DNA of 62,911 nt, filler included, from Licmophora abbreviata (GCA_900291995.1; 11 parts of 11 records of this genome joined end to end with filler, not necessarily neighbours in it); one strand, 5' to 3'. Shown: positions 34,640-46,819, counted from the first letter of the whole stretch. Notes: a model not told the origin generated them from the sequence alone. Numbers and translations are program-made.

Positions 34640-34797
34640 GGTCGGAGGCGTTTTTTTGAGTTTTGAAGCGACACATTCCCCACCGGCGCGCGCGTAGAGA
34701 CGTTTTGGCGCGACAGTCCATCCATCACCCCTGACAACATTCATTCCGCGGCGAAAAAGGAAGTCCGTTCGATGGGCGCTGTGAGTGTTTGTTGACC

Positions 34798-35427
34798 ATG
34801 TCGTCGTCGAGTGCTCACGATGAGGATGCAGTTTTGGTTGGGCGCATTGAAGGTATGAGATCTGAGATTCTTGCCGACTTTCGCGCTCGATCTGACGATG
34901 ATGATGACCGCGTACCACGTCCCGTCACGATTGTACCAAACTGGCTTTACGTCGGTGGAAGCATGATTGCCAAGGATACAACGTTTCTCAACGACTTTAA
35001 CATATGCCATGTACTGAACTGTGCGGATGCAAGTGCTAAGGGTCGTCGTGCACTAGTAGAGAATCGACGATACAAGGAGCTCTGTGGACAGGACAATGGT
35101 GACTACCGTCTCCTCGCCAAACACATGAACGAGGCACACGAGTTTATTCGGTCGGCTGGATCAGAACCTGTCTTGGTACACTGCCATGCAGGATTGAATC
35201 GGAGTGTCGCTATTGTGGTGTCGTACATAATGAAATATGGCCTGTCCATACCACAGGCGCCGAATGAGCATCCTCCCCATGGCATCATGACGAGTCTAGA
35301 GGATGCCGTACGTCTTGTTCTTCGACAGAGACCTTTTGCACTGACCAACGAGAGCTTCGTTTACCAACTGGTGGATTGGGAGAGATCCTTGACGAGTAGA
35401 GCCGACGAGATGACACGAATCTCCTGA
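34798..35427 (+). CDS. Dual-specificity protein phosphatase
   Basis: LYVGG, HVLNCA, VLVHCHAGLNRS, NESFVYQL. Confidence 0.92.
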   Translation: MSSSSAHDEDAVLVGRIEGMRSEILADFRARSDDDDDRVPRPVTIVPNWLYVGGSMIAKDTTFLNDFNICHVLNCADASAKGRRALVENRRYKELCGQDNGDYRLLAKHMNEAHEFIRSAGSEPVLVHCHAGLNRSVAIVVSYIMKYGLSIPQAPNEHPPHGIMTSLEDAVRLVLRQRPFALTNESFVYQLVDWERSLTSRADEMTRIS

Positions 35428-35514
35428 ATGCTGCGCAGCGACACAAAGACGCATTTCCATACCAGTACACTCCTGCTCTGGACCAAGACAGACACACCAG
35501 CATGTCTGTGACGC

Positions 35515-36557
35515 TCACCAGTTTTGCTCCAGAAATTCGCTTCGACATGGGTGAGGCTTGCCCGTCATCCAGTGCCTACCGATGACGCCCTCCTCTCCTC
35601 TCAGCTCACTCACCATGGAAGCTGTCGTTTCGAAGCCGCCATGCATGCAGATACCACTATCGTGATGGCGCAGTATTTCCATCATGGCGTGAGAGTCTAG
35701 CGTTCCATTCGCATGCTGCTTCAAGAGACACATGCCTTGGACCTGCCGAGACTCTTTGGAATGTTCAGCAGAAGAACCGGGGCTAAAGCAGGCGGCAAAG
35801 TCTAGTTTCGTGTCATTAGTACGTCCGTTCCACAGACCACATGTTCTGGCATGTTCCAGCAGTCCTGATGAACACAAGTCATAGTTGGCTCGTATAGTCA
35901 GACCATTCGAAATGTTTCGTACCCCGCTCGTGACCCGCTCTGCCGCCCAGTGTCGCCCCGCCGTCTCCAGTACCCACGCCTCGGTGCGGTCCACAATCAA
36001 GAAAGAGTTGTGGTACGTGAAGGACTCATCGTCCTCGGCACACGGTCCGCCCTGTCCATGTGCCTCGAGCAAGTCCGTGATGACATTCAGNNNNNNNNNN
36101 NNNNNNNNNNNNNNNNNNNNNNNNNNNNNNNNNNTTAATTAATTAANNNNNNNNNNNNNNNNNNNNNNNNNNNNNNNNNNNNNNNNNNNNGTTCTACTGT
36201 CCACACGGCCTCGTTCCCGATCAAGACGCCACATTCGTTGGCTCCCATTTCTGCTCCGAACATCCAATCAATCTGCGAGAGCAGTACTGCATGCGTGTGC
36301 GGTACTTGAGGAATCTCCAAAAACGTGCATTTCAGCAGCACATCGTCGCCTGAATCACCATTGTAGTCCTTTGCTGGGTACCGTCGAATGCTCTGCCCTT
36401 CTCCTTCAGGGCGGTCACTGTTCTTTCCAAAGACAACACTGTTCGGCGGAGCGACTGGTGGGAAGGCAACAAAAGTGTCGCAGCCTACTGGGCCATTAGC
36501 AGCTACGAAGCGACGGCGTTTCTCGACGTTCGATGACAACGACGGCCGCAGCGTCAT
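35515..36557 (-). CDS. Secernin-like (peptidase C69/Ntn hydrolase), interrupted by gap 36091-36190
   Basis: GCDTFVA, FGKNSDRP, WMFGAEMGANECGVLIGNEAV; YHNSFLIVD...EAWVLETAG; ICMHGG. Confidence 0.9.
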
Positions 36558-36915
36558 GCTGCTGTGCGACGCGACGAAGGGACTTTGGGGCTCTACTCTG
36601 ATAGTAGTCGCAGCGGTTCTGTTGTAGTTCAATAGTAGAGAGGCATCACAGAGAGTATAAGTTGGAAGGCTTCATCGTCGTGGCCATTACATCGTCACAT
36701 CATCCTGCCCGACCCCCTCGACTAACGACCCGGCTCTGAAACGCCGACGAGAGACGTTCCCCGTGCAAGAATCTACTCAAGGCAACGAAAAGATGATGGC
36801 CACTCATAGTAATACCATCAGCCACCCCTAAGTAACTTAGCTCCAGTACATTTGTCTTTCTTCTGTTCTCTACATGTTGAGGAGACTCCAAAAATACTTG
36901 GCAAACTGACATCTC

Positions 36916-38644
36916 TCAAATGAACGGGACGGTAACATGTCGTATTCTCAGATAAACGGCTGCCGTCAGCACAGCAAAAGCGACGATACCCAACATGCTC
37001 CAAAACACGGGCACCAAGGAGGTAGAATTGAACTTTGTCGTATACAGGGACAGTCCTTTCTCAATCTGCCAGAGACCCATGAAGAGGAGGTAGAGCCCGA
37101 CCAGTTTATGAGCTATTTGCCAGCCGGATTTGATCTGGCGATGAGAAAAGCAGCCACTGGTGGTGATATGGTTTTCATTCGAATCTCGCGAGTGGGATAT
37201 TTCATCAGTGATTCCAATTGCATTGTCAACGTCCATGAGAATCGTTTTTGAGGAGGACATTCCACTAGCCAAAGACTCATCCGTTCTGGAGGTGGGCGAC
37301 CTGAGGACTAACGTGGTATCGATCGCGCTAACACGCTTTGTAGGGGATCCTTTCGGCCTTCCGGTGACCACAGCGCCTTTCAGCATCTCAAAGTCATATG
37401 TTGTGGATTCAACATTAAGCGAGGCCAAACCACGTCTGGTATTCTTCTCAGCGACCTCCTCGTCCGCCATTTCGGCTTTGCGACCCTTTGGGTGAAACAT
37501 GCCTGCTCCGACCTGCAGAGTAACAAGAATCGTAATCACCAGTCCCACAGCACCGTGCGAATGTGCAAAGTGCGAAGTGCTGGTCTCATTGTACATGGCA
37601 ACAGCAAACGTAAAGGCAATTATCGTTGAGACAAACGTGCCTACGCTCAAGTACACGTGCACTTTGAGCCACACATCGGCTTCGTCTCCAACAAGCTTGC
37701 GAAAAAAAGCAACGAGAATGGTAGCGGGCGCACAGAAACCCCACGCCAAGACTCCGAAGATTCCGTGCGCTTTCCAGAATCGACGCCTCTGTTCAGCTGT
37801 GTACCTGCTGACTTGGACGGGCTCGACAGGCCTATTCATATCGACAGTTCCATCCTCAGTCGCATCGTGTGGGAAAGAGTCGGTAACGGGCGCCAGCGTA
37901 GGACGAGCACTTTGTTGCTCGGTTTGGGGTACACAAACGGGAAGAAATGGAAGCCAGAATGCCCCAGCAGAATTCTTTGGGTGTGCCCCGAGCTTGTTGG
38001 ACGAACCGATTGCCCAGAGGAGAGTATTCCAGCCACCTGCCCGCAGGCTGACTTCACCTTCTTCTTTGAGAACTTTGGTGAAAGTCATAGTCGTAACTCC
38101 GTCGACCTGAGTAACAGATTGATCTGTGAGAGTCTGTTTCGTTCGTTCCCTTGGGTAGACGCCCGAGTTCGTCGTGGCCGTCATGTGGTACTTCGCAACA
38201 GTGCCATTGTCGGGAAGACCAATGATGGCATCAGACCCAATCATCGTGCCGCTGCTATCACCAGTGAATCCAATGGCGATCCATGCTTCTCCGTGGTAAC
38301 GCATTTCTGCAGAAAGAGTAGCAGGACTTCCGTCCTTCGGAGCAGTCACGAGATAGGATAAAGTGACGTCTTCGGCAATGCTCGTCACGTATTGATACTC
38401 GGAACAGGCTGTCGAGGATCCCTCTATGGTGCGAATGTCCACATTGACCGGTTTGGCANNNNNNNNNNNNNNNNNNNNNNNNNNNNNNNNNNNNNNNNNN
38501 NNTTAATTAATTAANNNNNNNNNNNNNNNNNNNNNNNNNNNNNNNNNNNNNNNNNNNNTCCACATTGACCGGTTTGGCAAGAGCTAGACCCCACAAAAGT
38601 GTTATGCCGGTGAGGCGGAGCACACGTCCCAAGGAGGTCCTCAT
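36916..38644 (-). CDS. DOMON + cytochrome b561 transmembrane reductase; spans gap 38459-38558
   Basis: Signal peptide MRTSLGRVLRLTGITLLWGLALA across a 21-bp overlap; WIAIGF...MIGSDAIIG...WAIG...H; b561 His residues in AHG, VHV, SHG, AHK. Confidence 0.88.
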
Positions 38645-38993
38645 CTCATGGCGACTCTTCTCTTACTTTGGCTTGATGGGAGCCTGGATGTGATTGAGTG
38701 CGTGATGAGTGTGATGGATTCATGTATTTTTCGTTTTCGAATGTGAGTTTTTGAATTTCAAATTGAGATTGTAGCATTTGAAAGTAATCAAGCTTGAATA
38801 GATATAAAATCATTATGCTATACAATTATTTAAGCAGGTGGGTAACACATCCGCGCGCGCCGAGCATGGCCTCATCGCAGTTTGAAACTGACACGAAAAA
38901 AGAAAAAAGGGGAGTGATGTGCTCCGACAACGAGCACCACTGAGATGCCATGATACAGCCATGCACAGTTGCTGGAAATCCCCACTTTTATTA

Positions 38994-40070
38994 ATGAAGA
39001 TCCTCACATGCGCCTTTCTTGGGTCTTTGAGTTGGTCATTTCAAATACACGAGCAGCCGAGGTACCCAAGACGGCGCAATCCGGCTTGCTTTCATCACAT
39101 ACACTCATCATTGTCAGCGTTGGCGGTCCAGAGTGGTAGCTCAAACGCGTCATCTTCAGATTGGAGAGATGAAACTTTTACGGAAGAAACACGTGATTTG
39201 ATAGCTCGTGAGGTTCAAAAGCATGTGACTCTTTCGATTGAGATCCCCTCTCCCATTATAGATTTTGTGTTGAGCCAAGTCATCGACCTCCTCGTCACAA
39301 GTGAGCTCAGTGCGGACGTGTTGTTGCAATTGCGAGCTGTTTTGGAGGCCGAATCCACATTTACCGAGTTTGATGATGTCATGAATCTTGGGGAACTAGC
39401 ACACAGTATTGCTGTCGAATTGAATGGCAAGATGGATGCGCCACTGTTGGATGAACGACAGGAACTGGACATCTTAGAGGGAATGGTGAATGTCATTCTG
39501 ACAGTACTGACGACCTCCGAAGCAGAAGAAAAAGAGCTGAGGATCCAGTCGTCTCTTAATGCAACTCGGAGCCTTCTGCAAAGTGACGAGAGTCGCATCA
39601 AAATAGCCCAAATGATCAATGATGCTGTCGACATGCCTTTGTTGGGAGAGCACGACGAACAAGCACTATTCCTCTCAGCCATTGGCACGTGTGCAGATGT
39701 TTTGCAACAGCTCTTACCACCAGAGCTATTGGGAACCATACGGGGAAAGCAAACAACAGCTGCTGGTCTTGCCGAAATGAAACGGCACCTCGTCACACGA
39801 CTCTGCAGTCTTGTCGACCTTTCCATGTTCTTATCGCTCGAGCAGGAGGAAGCCATAATACAGAAATTTGTGGATGTGGCTATGAATGAGCTCCTGGGAA
39901 ACACAGAAGCCGAGTTCCTCCTCATGAATCGATTCGAAAGGCGGAGTATGTTGGTTGCGAGACGGAAAGGGCTATTGCAGGAACTGGAAATCAGTCGAGG
40001 AGTCTACGAGCGAGAGCAGCGCAATCTCCAAGCGCGACTGGAAGCTATTGAAGAGAAACTGCGGGATTAG
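38994..40070 (+). CDS. Hypothetical plastid-targeted helical-repeat protein
   Basis: SWS|FQI targeting; recurring DxP-L-x-E-x-x-E-like motif; C-terminal coiled coil. Confidence 0.65.
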   Translation: MKILTCAFLGSLSWSFQIHEQPRYPRRRNPACFHHIHSSLSALAVQSGSSNASSSDWRDETFTEETRDLIAREVQKHVTLSIEIPSPIIDFVLSQVIDLLVTSELSADVLLQLRAVLEAESTFTEFDDVMNLGELAHSIAVELNGKMDAPLLDERQELDILEGMVNVILTVLTTSEAEEKELRIQSSLNATRSLLQSDESRIKIAQMINDAVDMPLLGEHDEQALFLSAIGTCADVLQQLLPPELLGTIRGKQTTAAGLAEMKRHLVTRLCSLVDLSMFLSLEQEEAIIQKFVDVAMNELLGNTEAEFLLMNRFERRSMLVARRKGLLQELEISRGVYEREQRNLQARLEAIEEKLRD

Positions 40071-40292
40071 CTAGTTACTATGGCATTGTAGGTATGGATG
40101 GATGAAGTGATGTTCTTTTTGTGAGCGTGGTGTTGATGTGAGATGATGTCGACCGGCGATCGTGCAACGGACGTGGGGCTTCGCCAACTTCGAAGCCTTA
40201 CACCTGCCGGCGCGCGGAAAACCGCTCAGGCCGACTTCGCTGCATCACATTACCCCACCTCATCGCAAAAATCACGAAAAAGAGGGACGACC

Positions 40293-40713
40293 ATGGGTTG
40301 CCAACAGAGCAAAGCCATCACAGATGCTGACGGAAAGCTAATTATTCGCGTTCAATACTGCGGAGGATGAGGTACGAAATCCTTCATTGCTTGTTGTGGC
40401 TCTTTTCCCTAGGCGAGATTCCGTTTACTGACTCTATCTTCGCTCGTCTCCCTCGTTGCGTACTTCAGGTACAAACAAATACGAGGAATACCTTAATCTC
40501 AAGCGGTACCTCAAGTCACAGCCTTTCGGCGATCGGATCTTCGTCAAGGACAATGAGGATATGGTCATCAGTAATAACTTTGAGGTAACAGTCGGTGACA
40601 AGCTGGTTCATTCCCACAAGAGGGGCGATGGCTGGGCGCAATCACCAGAGGAGCGAAAGGTGATCGTCGAAGCGATTGAGCAAGCGTTGAAGGAGCTTAG
40701 TATGGAAAAGTAG
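40293..40713 (+). CDS. SELENOW: Selenoprotein W-like (Rdx family), CGGU motif, 107 aa; intron 40372-40468
   Basis: IRVQYCGG-TGA(40368)-G spliced to ...NFEVTVGDKLVHSHKRGDG, typical of SelW; SECIS-like hairpins downstream. Confidence 0.88.
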
Positions 40714-40730
40714 GACAGAACGAAGAGAAC

Positions 40731-40794
40731 GGTCAATCTGAGGATGACGGAATGACGATCCAATATGGTGTCGTTCCTGACGATCAGATTGTCG
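40731..40794 (+). promoter_or_regulatory. SECIS element candidate, copy 1
   Basis: Helix I CAATCTGA/TCAGATTG; core ATGAC...TGAC; helix II GGAATGAC/GTCGTTCC; apex CC-AATAT-GG. Confidence 0.8.
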
Positions 40795-40856
40795 GCTTTT
40801 TGTGTGCGGGTTGTGAAGAAGTCAATATTGCCGGAAAGTAGAACTGGAAGAGAGTT

Positions 40857-40916
40857 GTCAACCTTAGCATGACGGAGCGACGATCCAATGCGGTATCGTT
40901 CCTGACAATCAGGTTA
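40857..40916 (+). promoter_or_regulatory. SECIS element candidate, copy 2 (tandem duplicate, 125-nt period)
   Basis: Helix I AACCT/AGGTT; core ATGAC...TGAC; helix II GGAGCGA/TCGTTCC; apex CC-AATGC-GG. Confidence 0.72.
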
Positions 40917-41650
40917 CCTGTTAGCCTTCCATTGTAGAGCTTTAAGTGCAGCTGGATGATCAGAACGAAACCACGATAACTGCCCGATCCATGCAACATT
41001 TATCCACACTTATTATGTACAGTGGTGGTTCTATCGAAAGAATAGTGGCCACTCGTAGTATTCACCTGCTACAGCATATCACTTGAAAGTAACCCGTGTC
41101 GTTGATATATCTTCACCTACCGCGACAAACAATGCGTCCAACATATTGGCACTTGTAAGTAAAACACACAAGCATATGGTTGTTTGGAAAGGCTCTACTC
41201 TCACAAGCAAGAGGAAGTCGCACGCTTCCTGTGAGCGGGCTGATCGAAGCATTTCGACAGCCTTCATGAATGTTCTGGCGAACCGCACGCATGCAATGCA
41301 TTCGACGTTGATGGGATGAGACTGTTGAAATTTGCGATGGGATCCTATCTTTCCTCCGGTTTGTGAGACCGAACGCCCCTCAGCAACCAAGAAGCGCTCA
41401 AACCGAGGCCGACAGGCGCGCCTCTGCACTCAAAAAGAATCGACGCGTGTCTTTAGAGTGTCGTAGAATCCAAAATGAGCCAATCAGCACCAAGATGACA
41501 TTTCTTCGCGAAAAAAAAAGAATCCTTCATCGATCACAATTTTCTTTCGTTGGACTTGTTGTTGTCGTTCAAAAGCCGTCTTGTCCAAAGCGTTCATCAG
41601 TCAATTGACTCTGTATCTCAGGCGTTTCAATTGGATCTTCGTCCTTTACC

Positions 41651-43833
41651 ATGGCGGAAGACGAAATTTCCATGGGAGGCGGCAGCACCGTGAGTCAATG
41701 GAGCGCACCCTTCCAGGCCCACTTTCCCTGGCTACCGCCCCTCGCCGCCGCCTCTCCTGACAGCGCTGCCGCTGCCAACAAGAAGGAGGAGCAGGAAAAG
41801 GAGCTTGATATTGTTGCTTGCTTGTACGGAAATGACGAGGCGGTCGACCTCTGGGAGCTGCGAGAGCTCGCGCTCAGCAAGGGTGGCCTCTTGTCTCCGC
41901 ACCTTCGCAAGCGCGCCTGGCCCAAGCTCGTTGGTGCTCACGAACATGTCTTGCATCATGCGACGGTGCGGAGTCTAAGGAGCTCTTCTGTGGCAGAGCA
42001 AGTGGGAATTTCCAAGTCGGATGTGAATATGCTGAAGCGAGATGTGGCAGAGAGCGTCTGGAACGTGGAAGAGCATGTGCTCTCATCCCGGTGCCAAGAA
42101 CAGGCCAAGAACATGTGGGCTGCAAAGCGTGCCAGGCGAGTCACCTTTGTCCCCGGGCTAGCTCGTGTGTCCTCGGAGAAGAGTTCAGAAGACGAATCTG
42201 CTCCTCCGGTCGGTAGCATTCACATGGAGACTACGGCGATCGAAGAGGATGAGAGCGGTACCTTTTCTCCGGGTAGCCAAGTCACCCTGGACTTTTCTTC
42301 CAAAGCCTCCACGCACACTCGCGCCAGTCGCCAGGAACAGAAGATTCTCTTCAACACCGTGGTGAGCGTTCTACGTACCCCTCCGAAGAACGCGATCATG
42401 GAGGAAGACGATCGCTACTACTACCATCATGGGCTTCATGACGTGACGGCTTTGCTCTTGATCAACCTCGAGTCTCCGTCACTCACGAATCTGGTCTTGC
42501 GACGCCTCGCGGCCTACTCGTTGCGAGATGCCCTGCGCAACCCCCGGGCTCGCAGTATCGAACAATTGATTGATGCCACGCTGTTTGCACTGCTGAAACG
42601 GGTCGATCCAGCCTTGCATCAGCGCGTCACGAGCTGTGTACAGATTCCGAGCTTTTGTCTGTCGTGGGTGCAATGCTGGTTTGCCAGAGACTTGCGAGAT
42701 GCGCGTGCGGCAAGTCGTGTCCTGGATGTCTTTCTCGCCAGCCATGCGCTGATGCCAATGTAAGAGTGATTATCGAAAGTACTACTTATATTTGAAGAAG
42801 GAATCAGTTGCCATAGGATGCATCTCATCACCTATTTCATTGCCTTCTTCCCATTCACAGCTACCTGTCAGTCGCCATGATGTGTCATTCAGATCATCGG
42901 CGGAGGATACTTCACACGGCGTGTAATATCAAGGATATGCACTCGATCCTACGCAACCTTCCGAAGGACATGATTCAAAGCAACTGTGACACTGAGTTGG
43001 CTATGGATACTCTGGAAGACATCATTCAGTCGGCCATTGGCTACATGAGGTCATATCCACCGCACAAGTTGGTGCCGAAACCTCCACCCGCTCTGGCAGC
43101 CTTCCAGGAAGCTCCCGAGTGGTCAGTAGCATCCGTCGTGCCTACCGACTATGCCTTGTTGCAGTACGCCAAGAAACTTCGCAAAGGAGAAACGACGTCG
43201 CCCATGCCTAAATTGAGCAACGTGCGTTCTTCTGGGCGCTTGTGTCCGTTGGCCAAGGCGGCCTCGGGTATTTCACAGCAACGTAGCGTGGTCACGTTGA
43301 TGACGACGCTTTTCATCGGTGCTACGCTGCTGCTCGTGGCGCTCTCGGGGCTTGCAGTCATGCTCGAAGGTCTCAATCGGCACCCATCATCGTCCTTTCT
43401 GACCTTGTCGTCGTCCAGGGCACCAAACGAGATTTATCGTGCAACACGGCCCATGCATCGCCCACAGGCTGGCACGCTGGGACGACCGGGGCCTTTCGGA
43501 CGGGCGACTGTGGTGGGTACAGCTTCTAGTACTCCAACGAGTTCAACATCTGCCCCGACAAGCTCGTCATCTCTTTCGGCTATATCTGCCGCGTTGGCGA
43601 CAACCACTCTCTACCAGATCAAGGCGGCGCTAGTATTCGTTGAAAACAGCCCGGTTGCTCGTCTTTTGTCGGACCCCAGGGTAGCCGAGACTGTCAAGCA
43701 CTGGTGGGAAACAATCCGGTCTTTGTCTGGTAATTTCCTTCATGCCGTCAAAAAGTCCTTTCTTCCAAAGCCTGAAAAGAAGTTGAACCAAAGGCGAAAG
43801 TATAGTGTCAAGTTTGGCGAGTTTCTGATCTAA
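41651..43833 (+). CDS. TBC1D20-like protein with degenerate catalytic residues; intron 42760-42860
   Basis: LRELALSKGGLL, LRKRAWPKLVG, FCLSWVQCWFARD, FLASHALMP|IYLS; TM helix in exon 2. Confidence 0.85.
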
Positions 43834-44082
43834 ATATACAGGGGAAGGCGTCTAAATGGGCGATACGGCGGAAAGAACATGATTGGATCAACTTCTTTCG
43901 GTAGAGACGCACAAATTATTTGCCAAGTCCATCCCTTGTTGCATGAAGCGTCCATTCACTGCTAGTGTCGCTCCAGCCTTCTCCGTCTCCAAGTTCTATG
44001 TTTCTACCTACCTACTACACGTAGTGTTATATTAAACGCCGTATCTTTCTCTCCTAGCACTAGTAGGTAGTATTGGCTCCCT

Positions 44083-45159
44083 CTACAAAAAGTACGGCAC
44101 CATTTGCGCTCTCTCTTGTCCCTTCGGCCCGTGCACCGACTGCTCTGTGTCATTAAAGAATTTGAATCGCTGCGCAATACTCCCTTCCGCCCCCTCCGAC
44201 TCTCCGTCCATCCCAACTTCTAAAATGGCCGCCACATTTCCACATCGATAGCAATAGTTTGGTGCACTCCACACCGTCACCAGCGACTTGTCAAAATGAT
44301 ACTTGCGCCCCTCCATGACCAACTGATGCGCCCTCGCAATGAGATTCAAGGAATTGACATGATGAAATTCATTCGTCACCAACTGCCCAAAGAGATATCC
44401 CGCTCCCCGGGGTGACATTTGCCAAGCTCCCGGAATATCCTCCGGATCGCTCCATACCAAATCGCAAAAGGCCCCCTCGTGGGGGATTTCTTGATTCCGA
44501 TCAATCGCTCGAATCTGATCGAGGGTCCGAACGTCAGGGGAGAGACCGCCGTGCACGCACAAGACTTGTTCGTCAATGAGTGCACAGAGACCAAAAGAGT
44601 CAAAGCATTGGACGCAGTGGCGCCAGACGGAGGCGTTGCCGTATTTCCGAAGACACTCGTCGTAGAAACCGTAGACTTGTGTAATTTGACGAGACTATGC
44701 ATACGAGAGAGCGAGTGGAATATCGAAATCATAATAATGACAAGGGCGTGAGTGGGAGACTATCCATCGACCGAGCGGAAATTGGTGCATCCTCTGTTTT
44801 GGACAACTCACTTCATGATTCCCCCGGAGCAGTGTGACATGTCCCGGATACTTGAGCTTCAAACACAAGAGCAACGTCAGCGTCTCTACACTGTGATGTC
44901 CTCGATCGACAAAGTCCCCCAAAAATATATAAGAGGCCTTGGGCGGCCAGCCTCCGACCTCCAAGAGCTGCAGTAAATCAAAGAACTGACCATGCAAGTC
45001 GCCAACGATGGTGACGGGCGATACTACGGGCTGCACGTTGCTTTCTTCCATCAAGAGTTCGCTGACAAGGGAGCAGAGGTGTTTGAGAGAGCGTTCGCTG
45101 ACGGTTTCGCCGGATTGTAAGGTTTCAATGCACTCATCGACATTTATAGAGACGACCAT
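44083..45159 (-). CDS. PPP6C: PP2A-family Ser/Thr phosphatase catalytic subunit, most like PP6/Sit4; intron 44695-44811
   Basis: [44 protein letters not shown]-terminal PYFL. Confidence 0.85.
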
Positions 45160-45640
45160 TGTAAGAGGAAAGACACGGCGAACGACGGCAAGAGGTAGTT
45201 CGTTGTTTGTCCAGAAAGGAAACGGCAAGAGAGTAGTTGTGACTGATGTCGTCCTCCTTCGTTTTTCTCATGGTCTCAGTGTTGTTGTGTGACGATGAGA
45301 CATTCCAAATTCCAAACAATAGTCACACGTGAGTGGTGTGAATTCTGATTGGTCGAATCAGTCGAGTCGTTGTCGTCGAGTCCAGTCCCGGTTGGACATT
45401 TTGAATTCAAGATGAGAATTCAGAATTCTGTTTCGCCTGTGCTGGCATCTGTTTGTTACAGCGACACAGTTCTCATCCTCCTGGCTCGGTGGTTCGCGAA
45501 TTCTGCTGTTGTCGTCGTCGTCGTCGTCACACAATCAAGAGACTGTCTCGTCAATCGTGACTTGCCGTTTGACACCTTTCACAATCATAAGAACTCTCAC
45601 GTATCAATCAGACTTTCACACTTACAACAACAAGAACAGC

Positions 45641-46819
45641 ATGAACGACGACTCTCACCCTCCAAATAACCCCTCCACCACCACGTACGACGAACTCAAG
45701 TGGCACTCGGCCCCTCCATTGGACGCCAAAGACGGCGACGCCGTCGAATCTCCCTCATCGCCGCCGAGGTACAGCAGCAACCACGATCCTGCCAGTCCTC
45801 CTCCTCCGTCTCCTTCACAGTCTGCTGCAGACACTGTGATTCCCACGCTCCGAGCCGAAACAACGGCCCTCCTCGTCGTCGACGTCCAACCCGAGTACTG
45901 GTCGCAGTGTGCTCCCGTCCGACGCGATTTTCCAGACTTTCCCACCAAACTTCAAGCGACCGTCGATATTTGTCGTCAAAAGACGGCCGCCAAGATTATT
46001 TGGGTCCGGGCTGACTACCGATACTCCCACTCACCCTGGCTCAAACAGTTTGCACGGATTCATGGACTACTGCCAGGAGCAGACAAAAGTAGTAACACAA
46101 CCACGACAGACTTTGCTTCCGACAACAACAACAACAACGACAAGGAAGGTCATCCGACAAACTTTCGTGTTGAAGTTCCCTGCGATCCCACCTCAAAGGA
46201 CTTTCAATGGGAAGACTTTGCCACTCCCAAAGGAGGAGACGTCATTATCCCCAAGAGTTCCTGGTCTTCCACCTCCAATACAGCACTCATGGACATTCTT
46301 CGAGTGGCCAACGTCGATACTGTCCTAGTCTGTGGTCTCATTACATCCGTCTGTGTCCAGCATTCAGCCTTTGGGATCTTTGAAGCAGGCTATCGGACAA
46401 TTTTAGTAACGGACGCCTGTGCGGATCGGGGGAGAGCACGGCACGATGCAGCATTGGCCTTGTATGGGGATTACATGTACGAACTCATTACCAGTGACCA
46501 CTTGCGATCCGGATTGCAAAAGGCCAAACCCGTGTGGGCGCTCATGAACAATCAACAACAACAAGATCATCACGTCTACTCTCCCACCATGATGTTGTCT
46601 CAGCAAGACGAACTCATGAAAATGATGTCGCCGTCTTCCTTGTCTGTGTCCACGACGCCGCTCTCTACATCGACATCGACATCCTCTTTGTCGTCGGCGT
46701 CGTTTGCAGCAACAGAAGCAGTAGTAGTGGATGCTTCGAACAAGAGCAGCAACACTAGTAATACCAATGAGGAACCCATGGACGCAACCGTCGAGTACAG
46801 TTTGCATTCAATGACGTGA
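45641..46819 (+). CDS. Isochorismatase-like cysteine hydrolase
   Basis: ALLVVDVQ (Asp), IPKSSWS (Lys), GLITSVCV (Cys), VTDAC. Confidence 0.88.
   Translation: MNDDSHPPNNPSTTTYDELKWHSAPPLDAKDGDAVESPSSPPRYSSNHDPASPPPPSPSQSAADTVIPTLRAETTALLVVDVQPEYWSQCAPVRRDFPDFPTKLQATVDICRQKTAAKIIWVRADYRYSHSPWLKQFARIHGLLPGADKSSNTTTTDFASDNNNNNDKEGHPTNFRVEVPCDPTSKDFQWEDFATPKGGDVIIPKSSWSSTSNTALMDILRVANVDTVLVCGLITSVCVQHSAFGIFEAGYRTILVTDACADRGRARHDAALALYGDYMYELITSDHLRSGLQKAKPVWALMNNQQQQDHHVYSPTMMLSQQDELMKMMSPSSLSVSTTPLSTSTSTSSLSSASFAATEAVVVDASNKSSNTSNTNEEPMDATVEYSLHSMT

Noticed and set aside
40731..40916. The duplicated hairpin as a CRISPR repeat or MITE
   Set aside because: Only two copies, no target-site duplication and no cas genes; the structure and position fit SECIS
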